A stretch of 64,000 nucleotides of DNA from Obrimoposthia wandeli (lineage: Eukaryota): assembly GCA_977020255.1 (NCBI GenBank), contig CDROCS010005134.1, positions 124,001-188,000 of the forward strand. The letters run 5' to 3'. A program made the translations under genes and the position numbers. Below the pieces are notes generated by a model. It was not told the origin of the DNA. It made no database searches and worked only from the letters and a program-made list of their open reading frames with translations. Of this stretch, positions 53,694 through 63,724 are shown in pieces. Each line of letters opens with the position of its first letter. Position 1 is the stretch's first letter.

Positions 53694-56600
53694 TCAATTA
53701 GGGGAGGTTTGTCAGCGACAAACGGAAGAAAGAGGCGAGGCCAATTTCTTAATAAGGTCCCACCCAAAAAACGTAGAGAAAACGGTGCTACTATAGAGTA
53801 TCACCTAAATAATAAATATGTTATAGTTAAGGTGCCATTAGGAAATGAAATTTTATTAAACGTAGGTGTAGATTCAAATATTGAAAATCTTTTAAAATCA
53901 GAAGTGACTAAATTAGGACAGGCTAAGGTTCAATTTTGCGCAACAGTGCAGTTTAAAAATGTCAATGAGGAAACTAAAACTTGGGTAATTTCACATAAAG
54001 CAACTGTTTTTTATGATAATTTTGTAACTGAAATTGGAAGAAACCTGGATGAAAAAATTGCTAATTATAGCGAGTTAAGTAGTGGATGGACTCTAGTTAG
54101 AATTCACGATGTTAGCTTTGTTCTAACAAAGTTCACTGACATGATATATCTTTCGGGGAGTTCATACATTCCTTCACCTAGATCTCTTCAACTTTCACGT
54201 TCCATTGTTAACGTACAAAACAGTGATAACCTTTGCTTTCTGTATAGCGTGTTGGCCATCCTCAAAAGGGATGTAATTACTGAGCATAGAGAGCGTGTCA
54301 GTAAATATACCCCTTTTTTAAATGAATTGCAGTATCATGGAATAGATTTTCCTGTTAAATTAACTGCGATATCAAGATTTGAACATCTTAATAACTTGAG
54401 TATTAATGTATTCAAATATAATACTGATATCCCAGTTAATGTAACAGATGAAGAAATTTTTAAAAATCCTTTTGTAGATGTAATTTATAGGAGCAAAAAT
54501 GAGGGGACTCAGGTCAACTTAATTTTGCTCGAACATGATAAAAAATTCCATTATGCTGCAATTCCCAGTTTAGATCGTCTTCTAAATTTAGATAATGGAG
54601 CCTTACCGGTTAGGATAAGGTGTAAGTGGTGTCATAGATGTTTGCATGGGTTCCGATCCGAGCTCTCTTACAGCAAACATCTGACATTATGTTCACTGAA
54701 TCCTGATGACAATACGCTATATAGCATGCCTTAGGATAAGGATTTAAAATTCAGGGATTGGGCAAAATGCATACCCGTGGAATTCAGGGTGTATGCAGAT
54801 TTTGAGTCAATTTTAGCATTGCACGACCAGTATGAGAGTATTCACCTACCGGCTTCGGCAGGACTACTATTCTTAGGCCCCAATATTACCCAGTATCATA
54901 AATTTTCCGGTCCAAATTGTATTTTAAATTTTATGTTAAAATTAGAAGAATTAGGAACAACAATTGTCAAACCGTGGTATGATCTCAATGCTCATCAAGC
55001 AATGATCATGACAGGCATAGACTGGGTTAATTTTAATTCTTGTAGATTATGTTATTTGTGTGGAACCCAGTCTAAGTTAGTCAGAGATCACGATCATGTT
55101 ACGGGGCGATACTTGGGAGTGGCGTGCAACCTTTGTAACCTTGGCCGTCGTCTCCCTAAAAAACTACGCATTCCCATCGTGTTTCATAACCTCAAAGGAT
55201 ATGATTTGCATCATATACTTAAATACGCGTTGGGTACATTAAGCTCTTGGGAAATTTCATGTATACCTCAAACTTCAGAGAAATATTTATCTTTAACTGC
55301 ATATACTGAATTCTGCAGTTTAAGATTCATAGATTCTCTGTAGTTTTTGAGTGGTTCTTTAAAAAATTTAACGGCATCTATAAATGCATGGCCAATTACA
55401 CAGTCAGTGTTCCCAGCTTCGGTTAACGATAAGGGGATTTTTCCGTATAAATTTGCGAAAACCTTTGCAGATTTAGAAAATACAACTGAAATCCCACCCA
55501 TAACTGCATTTGAAAGTGTAAGTCTTCAAGACTATAATGAGGCCGGTACATTTTGGGTGAATAATTTTCGAAATCTTCTCGAATATATGCTTTATTATAT
55601 GAAGTTAGACATTTATCTTTTAGCTGATGTTTTTGAGTCCTTTCGTGTAAAGTTTTTAGCAGAAGATGGGCTAGATCCCATGCATTTCTTTAGTTTACCT
55701 GGTCTTTCATGGGCAACAGCAATAAAAACTATTAAAATTAATATCGAGTTACTGCAAGATCCCGCGATGTATCAAATGTATGATTATGGTATACGCAGTG
55801 GAATGACTTTTGTCAACAAACATCATGTTGTCAAAAATCAATCCACGGAGATTCTGTACATCGATATTAATAATTTGTATGGGTGGGCGCTTACTCAACC
55901 TCTACCTCATGCCAACTTTAAGTGGGTTTAAGATGTGGATCAGTTGAATAAGTTGATGACAGATTTGGCTACTGTTGATACAGTTTCATCCGACGTCGGC
56001 TATTTGGTTGAGGTGGACATAAAAATCCCTCCCAATGTGCATGATAAATTAGATGATCTTCCAGTAGCGCCTGTTCATCAATGCCCACCTAATTCAAAGG
56101 TTAAGAAATTATTGTTAACCCAGGAAGACAAGTTGAATTATGTTGTGCATTGGCGGCTTCTTCAATTCTACTTAAAGTTGGGAGCGAAAGTTACTCGAAT
56201 TCATCGTGCTATAAGCTTCAGTCAAAACTTTGTGTTTAAAGACTATATTGAGAAGAATTCTAGAAAACGTAATTTGGCCACTAGCAAATTCGATCGGGAT
56301 TTTTACAAGTTAAAAAGTAATAGCCTCTTTGGAAAAACTGTAGAGGACTTGCGGAAACGTATTTGTCTACGGTTTTGCAATGATGAGCGTAAACTAATAA
56401 CATATACTAGCAAGTACAACTTCAAGCGTAGTTTTACAATTGCAGATGACTTGGTAGCAGTGTTATTAGGAAAACAGAGTATTTGTCTCGATCGACCGAG
56501 TTATATAGGTCAAACGGTTTTAGACATTTCTAAACTCAGAATGTATGAGCTTCAATACAAAGAATTGGATAAATACCGACAAGAATTTAACTGTGAGATC

Positions 56601-57083
56601 AAAATCGCGGCAGGGGACACTGACTCTTTCTTTTTATAATGTAGGAATGTTAGTTTAAATAATCAATTATTACCAGCAATGTTTAGGGACAACTTACTAG
56701 ATACCCATAAATATCCCGCTAACCATCCTCTACACTCTATGAGTTTAAAGGATATTATCGGGAAATTTAAGTATGAAAGCGAGGGACAAGTTTCGTATGA
56801 TGATTGTATTTTCCTACGCCCTAAATGCTACAGTTTACATGCATCTAATAATACATGTTCAATGAGAGCAAAGGGTGTGGGAAAAAACAATCTTACACAT
56901 GAGGCCTACCGGAAAGTTTATGATACTGGGTGTATTGAAAGCGTTGAGCAAACTAGATTTATTTCAAGAGCCCATCAACTGTATTCCCATAAATCAACAA
57001 AAATCGCTTTGAGTAGTAATGACGACAAGCGCTTTTGGGTAGAAAAGAACGCTAGCCTGGCTTATGGACACTTCCGAATTTAA
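53682..57083 (+). pseudogene. protein-primed DNA polymerase B (pPolB), 4 in-frame stops
   Basis: All five track ORFs share one frame. Motifs: YADFES (ExoI), FHNLKGYD (ExoII), CYLC..DHDH.TG..C..CN, YIDINNLYG (A), KLKSNSLFGK (B), DTDS (C), KCY. Stops at 54732, 55341, 55929 and 56637. No ATG at the N-terminus. Confidence 0.97.
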
Positions 57084-57359
57084 ACGGTTTTCATTTATTT
57101 GATTTTTTTAGTTTAGTTTTTTAAAATTTTAGATCCCTATGGCACCTAGACTCTAACTTACTTGTTATTTCAATACTTTTTTAGGATGGACCTTATTTAT
57201 TATGCCTTATCTTTGCTGACATATCTCATTGTGATGTTGTGATTAATAAATGTATTAAAAAAAATTGTCTTATGTCTTTTATTATTTTACCCTTATATTT
57301 TTAGAGATTTAAAAAATAATTAAAAATAAAACATTAAAAATATTTATTTTTATAACACA

Positions 57360-57740
57360 CTAATCGTTTTGCAACGATAACCATAAAATACATAAATGTC
57401 CACAGTTTCTCGTCGCAGGATCCTGATATTGTATCTTGTTGTAAAATACTCTTCTTCGGCCTTTTTGAATAGTCGAAACAAGTTTGTGTGGATAATACAT
57501 TGCACGTGGATCAAATACATGTTTTGTCCACTCTCTAACATAAATAGCTATCCAATGTTCTCCTGGTAAATTCGAAGTATGAGTATTGATAATGTAACCT
57601 CCAGATTGAAAAAATGGAATCATATCAATAGGATAAACTCCATTGAATTTATCACCCAGGACCTTCTCTGCTGATTCTTTTACTTGTTTTGAACTAAATA
57701 AAAATTAATAAATATAAATTTAAAATATGTCTTACTCCAT
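57360..57740 (-). CDS. adenain-like (C5) cysteine protease, two exons
   Basis: ATG GA|GTAAG...TTTAG|T with a 42-nt intron at 57735-57694 gives MDSKQVKESAEKVLGDKFNGVYPIDMIP...GEHW..VFD..YQ..NCGHLC. The catalytic His, Asp, Gln and Cys are present. Confidence 0.9.
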
Positions 57741-57741
57741 T

Positions 57742-58971
57742 CTATAATATGACAGTTCTGTTTTTATTGATTTGTATTTCTGAATCAAATATTCCGTAAA
57801 TAAGCACCGTAGTAGGATTTGTTAAAGCTGCATTGAACTTAATTTCTAGTCGTAAATTTCCATCCTTTGGTAGTTGGCATTGGTTTATATCAAAGTCTGG
57901 TGCCAAAACGAATGTGAAGAACGAGCAGCTGCTTTTAAACTCAGTGAAAGAAATACCATTGTTTATGTTTTTATCTAGTTGGCCCAAATTCCGAATAATA
58001 GATTGCGTATAAGCCAAAGCATAAGCGTTACCTTCGAAATCTGTTTTATATGTTTCGCGATAATCAGTGTTTCTTGAAAGTGTCACTGAACCTACACTAA
58101 GATTGTCAAATTGAGTTGCATCTGTCGTATAATTTCCTAGAAACTTTGCAGTTTTTTGAAAAGAAATTAAAATGAATTTCGGTAATCTTACATCACCAAA
58201 TATTTGATCCTTATTAAAAGCTTGTGTACCCGTACCTAAAGAATAAGATATAAGTTTAGTTTCTCTAATAGGATAACAAGCATTGTTTTTTTCCATTCCT
58301 ATATTATGTGCCATTAAAACTGATTGCTCGGTTTTAACTCTTCGAACATACAATTTTGCATCCAAAATATCAAGTCTAGGTTTTAAAACGTCCGTGCTTA
58401 TCAAAGAAAAATTCCATTTATTACGTTTCAAACGAAGATGTACATTAACACCGGGGATTATATATTTCGGTTATTCAAAGAAATTCAATCTCAAAGACCC
58501 ACACATTTCGTAAGCTTTAGAACCTGCAATCCATTCTTTGTGAGTTGCAACAGTTTTATCATAACCAATGGTTGCCAAATTAGTATTTTGAGTATCAGTA
58601 CTATAATTCAAAAGACTTTCAATCAAAGCTTTATGAGCATAGGAAGAATTTCCACCTTCAATTTTGACATTATTAAGAGTAACAATGGCATCATTAAATA
58701 AAGAATTAAAGAGATAATTTACAGGTGTTACATCGGCATTTTCATCTAAATTAGTACCATCCCGATTTAATACTTTTATTTGAACATAAAGCAAAGTATC
58801 ATTCAAATCTAAATACTCGCTATTGGAACCATTAATATTAAATTCTAAATCAGTTAAAGTGATTCCTGAAACTGAGTTAACTAGGAATATTTCTTCAAAG
58901 GAAGCATTATCTACAATTACTTGTGGAAGTGGTTTATCAAAAATACACAATTCAGTTTTGGCGCAACTCAT
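57742..58971 (-). pseudogene. major capsid protein (double jelly-roll), one in-frame stop
   Basis: MSCAKTELCIFDKP...DLNDTLLYV...NYLFNSLF...FFE*PKYIIPGVNVHLRL...KVRR...LRLEIKF...VLIYG. The two ORFs share a frame, and the TAA at 58471-58473 sits at the usual Gln position. Confidence 0.92.
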
Positions 58972-59345
58972 TTTGCAAATATTGTTCCTTCAACATTCTT
59001 ACGTTTGTTTATATTGATTTTTTGCTTCTTTTTACTTTTAAATCCACTACCTCCTTGGCTTTTATTTGATTTACGTTTTCTAATCAAATTAGCAACTTCA
59101 GGTAAAACATTATCAAGTTCATCAAGCGCATGCTTCTTAAAAGTTGGTATTAGTTTATTGTCCTTAGATGAAAGATAGTCCTTTCCTAATTTTGATATAA
59201 ATCGCCCGAGTCTCTTTAAAAGAGGAAAGGCAAATCTACCTAATGTTCTAAGCCAGCCAGATCCGTATTGTTTGCCAACAAAATATGGTAATTCTCCACC
59301 TTGTTGGCTTTGACTATAAGCTTCAATTATTGCTGGATTCGCCAT
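58968..59345 (-). CDS. putative basic/amphipathic virion core protein
   Basis: QQGGELPYFVGKQYGSGWLRTLGRFAFPLLKRLG is an amphipathic helix after QxG motifs, and the tail is Lys-rich. It lies between the minor and major capsid genes. Confidence 0.75.
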   Translation of the reverse strand: MANPAIIEAYSQSQQGGELPYFVGKQYGSGWLRTLGRFAFPLLKRLGRFISKLGKDYLSSKDNKLIPTFKKHALDELDNVLPEVANLIRKRKSNKSQGGSGFKSKKKQKININKRKNVEGTIFAK

Positions 59346-60383
59346 TTTGTTTTCTTAAATGTATTGTTAAACTTGTCTTGGCCCCGTACGTGAAATCTAT
59401 TAGTTGTCCTGAATCATCTCTAATATTTACTTCAATATTGTTTATAGAAAAGAGAGAAACTGGAAGATACATTGGTTGATCTATACACATACCGGCAGTG
59501 TCCCCATCTCTAGTTTCATTTTTAGATATCCATATTGTTCTCAAAAGTGGAACTCGTTGTCCTCCTACAAGCGTTGGTTCTATTAAATTAGTATAAATAT
59601 ATAAATGATTAACAGCATTTAAAGGTTTTGCCTTATTTTTAGCTTTTATGGTTTTTATTGTATGGGTTTCAAAGGTATTTCTGTTTAAATCAAGGTTTTT
59701 AGCGAGTTTATCATCAAATAAAACTCGTATTATATTGCTCTTTACTGTAAACGTTATTTTACCATTTTTTAATGTTACACATTTATCAAAATCTTCACTA
59801 CATTCCTTCTGTATTAATTTACAGAAATTCACTTCACTATCTAATTTATAATCTTTTGAAAACATTTTCCGTTCCACTACAATCTTAGGTCTCGTTTCAA
59901 CTAAAAACACTTTTGTTACTTTATCAGGAACATTTTTAAACGATTTAGATGAGACTATATCAGATCTCTTCATACCTACTACATGTCCACTATCAAAACC
60001 AAATTTAAGAGCTTCTCTATCAGATCCAAATATAAGTTGAATAGGTTGAAAATGTTTTGATCGATTTTTAAATCTGACTTTGTTTTTTCATATATTACTT
60101 TCACTTTTTTATCTATACAATTGTAATAGAATTTTCCTTTACTATCAAACCCAATCATAACTTCAATTGATTTTTCATGATCAACTTCTTTTGTAAACGA
60201 AATATGTGAGTTTTTTCTGATAGTAATTGGAGAATAATAAAAGGAAAATTCTGTTAAAGCCGCTTCCCATTCTCCTTGGAGATTTATAGGATTTTCCCAA
60301 ACGATAATAAAGCTACTAGCGTAATTATCTAGTTGAGTCTTCGGACATCCGTTACTAGGTAAAACCATATACATAGACTTCAT
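59323..60383 (-). pseudogene. minor capsid (penton-like) protein, one frameshift
   Basis: N-terminus YMVLPSN...PINLQGEWEAALTEF and C-terminus YIYTNLIEPTLVG...PLLRTI...IEVNIRDDSG...TIHLR. The frame switches at the T6 run 60083-60088. Confidence 0.88.
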
Positions 60384-61408
60384 ATTATATTAGATGCTGA
60401 TATCCAAGTTGGGTCTGAATAACCATGCCATTTAACAAAGTATTGTTTATGTTTACCTGTACCCTTAGATTTTAATATTTTTTGAATACGGAAAACGCTA
60501 GGTTTATTTGATATTACTTGTAGTTCTTGCTCGTAAAATTTACCGTGAACGATATTATTGTCAGCATCTTTAATAGTATACATTATTGGATTACTCTTTT
60601 GATCAATTTTACTTATACAAAATATTTCATCGCTCTAATTCTGATCAAAGTTTTTGATAAATGGAGTAGAGCTAATTTTCGAAATTCGAACATATTCGTT
60701 TTTCTTATATTTAGCTTTTTTAATTTTTTCTTTTTTATTTCTGTTCATCCAAATGTCCATAGAGTTTTTATTAGTAACATCAACAGGTCTCATTCCCTTG
60801 AGACCTCTATGTTCAGAGTGATTATATGCATGTATTATTTTAGGTAAAACTTGGATTCATTTTTTATTTCCTTCTTTTGTGAAATACTTTTTTATTCGAT
60901 CTCTTAGAGTACGATTAAATCTTTCTACTACTGCTGCTTTGTATTGTGAAAACACAGAGTAATGATTTATATTATTTTGTTTAAATAATGATTGAACTTG
61001 CTTATTATAAAATTCTTTTCCTAAATCAGTTTGCACATTTTGTGGAATGTCCTCTTTTAATATTTCTTTAATGGCTTCAAGCATAGCTATTGAAGACTTT
61101 GCTTTAACTGGAATTGCACGAGCAAACCTGCTAAATACATCAATACATGTTAAAATATATCGATATCCCTTATTAATGGAAGAATATGGGATCATCTCCA
61201 TCAAATCCATTTGCCATAAATTATTAGGACCGCTGGTTTTGTAAGCTCTAGTTGGAAACCTTCTTCTCATCGGCTTGTTCAGACTGTAGGCTAATTGGTC
61301 GCTGAGCCATTTCTGCGTTTTCTTGTAATTTTGTTTTGTTCTTTTTGCTAATTTTGAAACTCCTGTGTAGCCAATTGGATCTTTTGGATTGAACCATATC
61401 TTCTCCAT
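60380..61408 (-). pseudogene. retroviral-like DDE integrase with C-terminal chromodomain, 2 in-frame stops
   Basis: ATG at 61408 (MEKIWF). DDE motifs WQMDL, QTDLGKEF and VVERFNRT, then the chromodomain QYFVKWHGY. TGA at 60857 and TAG at 60635 both replace expected Trp codons. Confidence 0.95.
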
Positions 61409-61494
61409 TACAACAATTTGAATAGAAAGAAAATTTAAGTTTAGGTAAAGAAGAGCTAGCACCCATATCTTTAGCTGATTTTATAAATAATTGT

Positions 61495-61823
61495 TTATGA
61501 ACGTGTCGCAGCTATAATACTACTGATAATTGAAGCAACAACTGGAATAACAGCCCCTATGAAACCACCATTCTGTTTAAGAATAATATTTCGTTTTCTT
61601 TTTTACTTTTTACATTAGCAATATCTAGAAGAGTTTTTCTATATTTCTTTAATATATTTTTCCGATTTCCAACTTTTACTCGACCCAAAACTATATTATA
61701 CAAAACTTCCAATAAATCATCTACAACAAAAGATGGAAATGCTTTAAGAATAATAATTCTCTTATGAGAAGAGGCTTTGACTAAAGCTTTAAAATAGGGT
61801 ATGCTTCTTTGTATTTTCTTCAT
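61495..61823 (-). pseudogene. conserved small Polinton protein with pX-like hydrophobic tail, one frameshift
   Basis: One A added to the A6 run at 61599-61604 extends the 88-aa ORF into KRKRNIILKQNGGFIGAVIPVVASIISSIIAATRS*. Confidence 0.75.
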
Positions 61824-61838
61824 TTTAATAAAAAAGGT

Positions 61839-61994
61839 TCAATTTAAATATTGTTTATATTCGAAGCCATTTAAGTTTTTTTTATTTTTAACTACAGATT
61901 TGATTAATTTTTTAACTTCTTTTTTCTTAATGATTCTTTTTTTTGATTTCTTAGGCTTTGCTTTACGTTTTACTATCAACTTCGTAAAAGGCAT
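61839..61994 (-). CDS. 51-aa highly basic protein (below track cutoff)
   Basis: MPFTKLIVKRKAKPKKSKKRIIKKKEVKKLIKSVVKNKKNLNGFEYKQYLN has 20/51 K+R. It fills the gap between the ATPase stop (62002) and the next ATG (61823). Confidence 0.7.
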   Translation of the reverse strand: MPFTKLIVKRKAKPKKSKKRIIKKKEVKKLIKSVVKNKKNLNGFEYKQYLN

Positions 61995-62001
61995 TATAAA
62001 T

Positions 62002-62649
62002 TTATCTTTTATGATTGTTCTCTATTTGTTTATAAACAATTACTCCCTTAGAATTAAATATGTCTGTTAAAACACGTAAATCATCTGGGCAAGCTTGTGT
62101 AAAGTCAATAAATGTATACCCATGTGCTTGTTTAGCAGCATCGTGGAATGAATCAACTAGAAAGTTCTTATTTTGAGGAAATGCCTGTCTGGCCACAAAA
62201 TCAACAACTGTTTGATCTCTAGGATTTTTAAATAAAACTAAGTAATGTACATTAAGATTTCTTGTTCTATGGTGACCTCCTTGGTGAAACAGATTTTGAG
62301 TGATAAATATAACTGTTACTTCACGATGTCTTGCAATCTTTGTAAATAAATTATTAAAGTCCGATTCCTTGTTAGCATCCTCATACAAATCATCAATTAT
62401 TATTACATCTTCTTTTTTCAATCTTTCACACCAATTTGCATCAAATCCTTCAATAAATTGTATTCTCTTCAACTTGCAAACTTCTGTTTTGGTTAACCCG
62501 CTTTCCCCTCCTCCACCATGATGCCAATAAATATTTTTGAAACTAGATTTGAAAAGAGATTCATTTTGCAACAATTTACAGACGAAATGTGTCTTTCCAC
62601 TTCCACTAGGGTCAACTATTTGAAATACAGCATTATTATTTAGCTCCAT
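62002..62649 (-). CDS. A32/FtsK-like packaging ATPase
   Basis: Walker A DPSGSGKT (first Gly is Asp), Walker B IIIDD, and FTKIARHR..FITQNLF. Confidence 0.93.
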   Translation of the reverse strand: MELNNNAVFQIVDPSGSGKTHFVCKLLQNESLFKSSFKNIYWHHGGGGESGLTKTEVCKLKRIQFIEGFDANWCERLKKEDVIIIDDLYEDANKESDFNNLFTKIARHREVTVIFITQNLFHQGGHHRTRNLNVHYLVLFKNPRDQTVVDFVARQAFPQNKNFLVDSFHDAAKQAHGYTFIDFTQACPDDLRVLTDIFNSKGVIVYKQIENNHKR

Positions 62650-62686
62650 TGCATATACTCTTTCATTTTTAATATTGTTTATATTA

Positions 62687-62959
62687 TCATAGAAGTTTCC
62701 TTATTGAAATGTACAATGTTAGAGCTATTGTAGATGAAATACAAAAATTAATTAATGAATATTTGGCTATAATTTTATTTATTTGTGTACGATTTCTAAA
62801 TTCTCGAATAACGTGTGATCTAACCAATATTTCAACGTTATCTCTTGTTATATCATTATTTTTTAATTCTGATAAAATTTCTTTACCCCTAATTTTTCCA
62901 GAAAATATTTCGTCGGCAAGCAGATCCACTTCATTGTCTCTATTTATAGTATTATTCAT
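62687..62959 (-). CDS. hypothetical protein with C-terminal hydrophobic segment
   Basis: A 90-aa ATG ORF colinear with its neighbours, ending YSLINFCISSTIALTLYISIRKLL. Confidence 0.6.
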   Translation of the reverse strand: MNNTINRDNEVDLLADEIFSGKIRGKEILSELKNNDITRDNVEILVRSHVIREFRNRTQINKIIAKYSLINFCISSTIALTLYISIRKLL

Positions 62960-62987
62960 TCAAAACAATAAGTTTAAACGGGTTTGT

Positions 62988-63475
62988 TTATAGAAAAGAT
63001 AACAAGATGTAATAAGATATATTTTTTAAAATCAAATCAACAATGTCTGGATAATCAAAATTTTTCAATCCCAATATCATAACTTTACCACTTGAAAATA
63101 TATTTACACATAGCGGTTTAAACTTCAAATAACTGAGAGCAGGAAAAATTTCTGGTTCAAACATGCATTCTTCTTTCATTTTCTCTGCAGTTTTAAAAAG
63201 ATTTATCTGTTTCCCAAGATTAGCCGAAATCGTGATTGCAGTGATTCGAATTCCAAATGGTAAATTGAACCCAAGCATTGGTATTTTGCATCCCATAACA
63301 CGACAATTTCCTAAAAGAATTCAATATGAAAATAAAAAAACTAACCTGTAGAAAAAATAACAACTGTAAAATTGTCAAACTTTACGACATATTGTCTCGG
63401 CTTCCATTCATTGAATGGTAAGTACGAAACATCATCTTCTGTTCTACCTTTATAATTTATATTTACGAGTTTCAT
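62988..63475 (-). CDS. TATA-binding-protein-like protein, two exons, 150 aa
   Basis: Exon 63475-63346, a 35-nt GT-AG intron at 63345-63311, then exon 63310-62988. VIFSTGNCRVMGCK and FEPEIFPALSY...VNIFSSGKVMILGLK match the two TBP repeats (LIFSSGKMVCTGAK; YEPELFPGLIY...LIFVSGKVVLTGAK). Confidence 0.88.
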
Positions 63476-63505
63476 TAGTCTGAAATTGTATTCTGTAAAA
63501 TCTTC

Positions 63506-63693
63506 TTTATATATGTCTGAACCTGCTTTTTTATTGCACGTTTCTTGTAATTATCTTGCAAACCTATTATAATTGGATGATATATTTCTTCCAATCAATT
63601 TTGATTTTTAATATAGATTTAGTCCAATCAAATTCAATGCTTTAGTTATATTAACCAATGAGATTCATGTCTTTGTTAGAAATTAGTATAAAA
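63506..63693. promoter_or_regulatory. divergent TATA/CCAAT promoter
   Basis: Minus-strand TATATAAA at 63513-63506, ATTGG at 63572, CCAAT at 63591, 63624 and 63655, and plus-strand TATAAAA at 63687. Confidence 0.6.
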
Positions 63694-63724
63694 GAATGTG
63701 CCATTGGAGGACAAATCACAGTAA

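Noticed and set aside
53682-58473. Alternative genetic code (TAA/TAG read as Gln) to explain the in-frame stops
   Set aside because: CAA/CAG are used normally, and genes end at TAA/TAG where homology ends. The integrase stops (TGA and TAG) replace Trp. Ordinary transitions explain all of them.
54732-60859. RIP- or APOBEC-like targeted hypermutation
   Set aside because: The inferable contexts differ (GCA, ACA, TCC, CCA) and occur on both strands. There are too few events to claim a signature without a consensus.
60083-61604. Programmed -1 ribosomal frameshifting
   Set aside because: The runs are not in X XXY YYZ phase, and the homologous genes are normally single ORFs.
58283-63351. Plus-strand track ORFs opposite the structural genes (e.g. 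58438, 58921, 60527, 61801, 62300, 62709, 63163)
   Set aside because: They are antisense shadows of well-supported minus-strand genes and have no motifs of their own.
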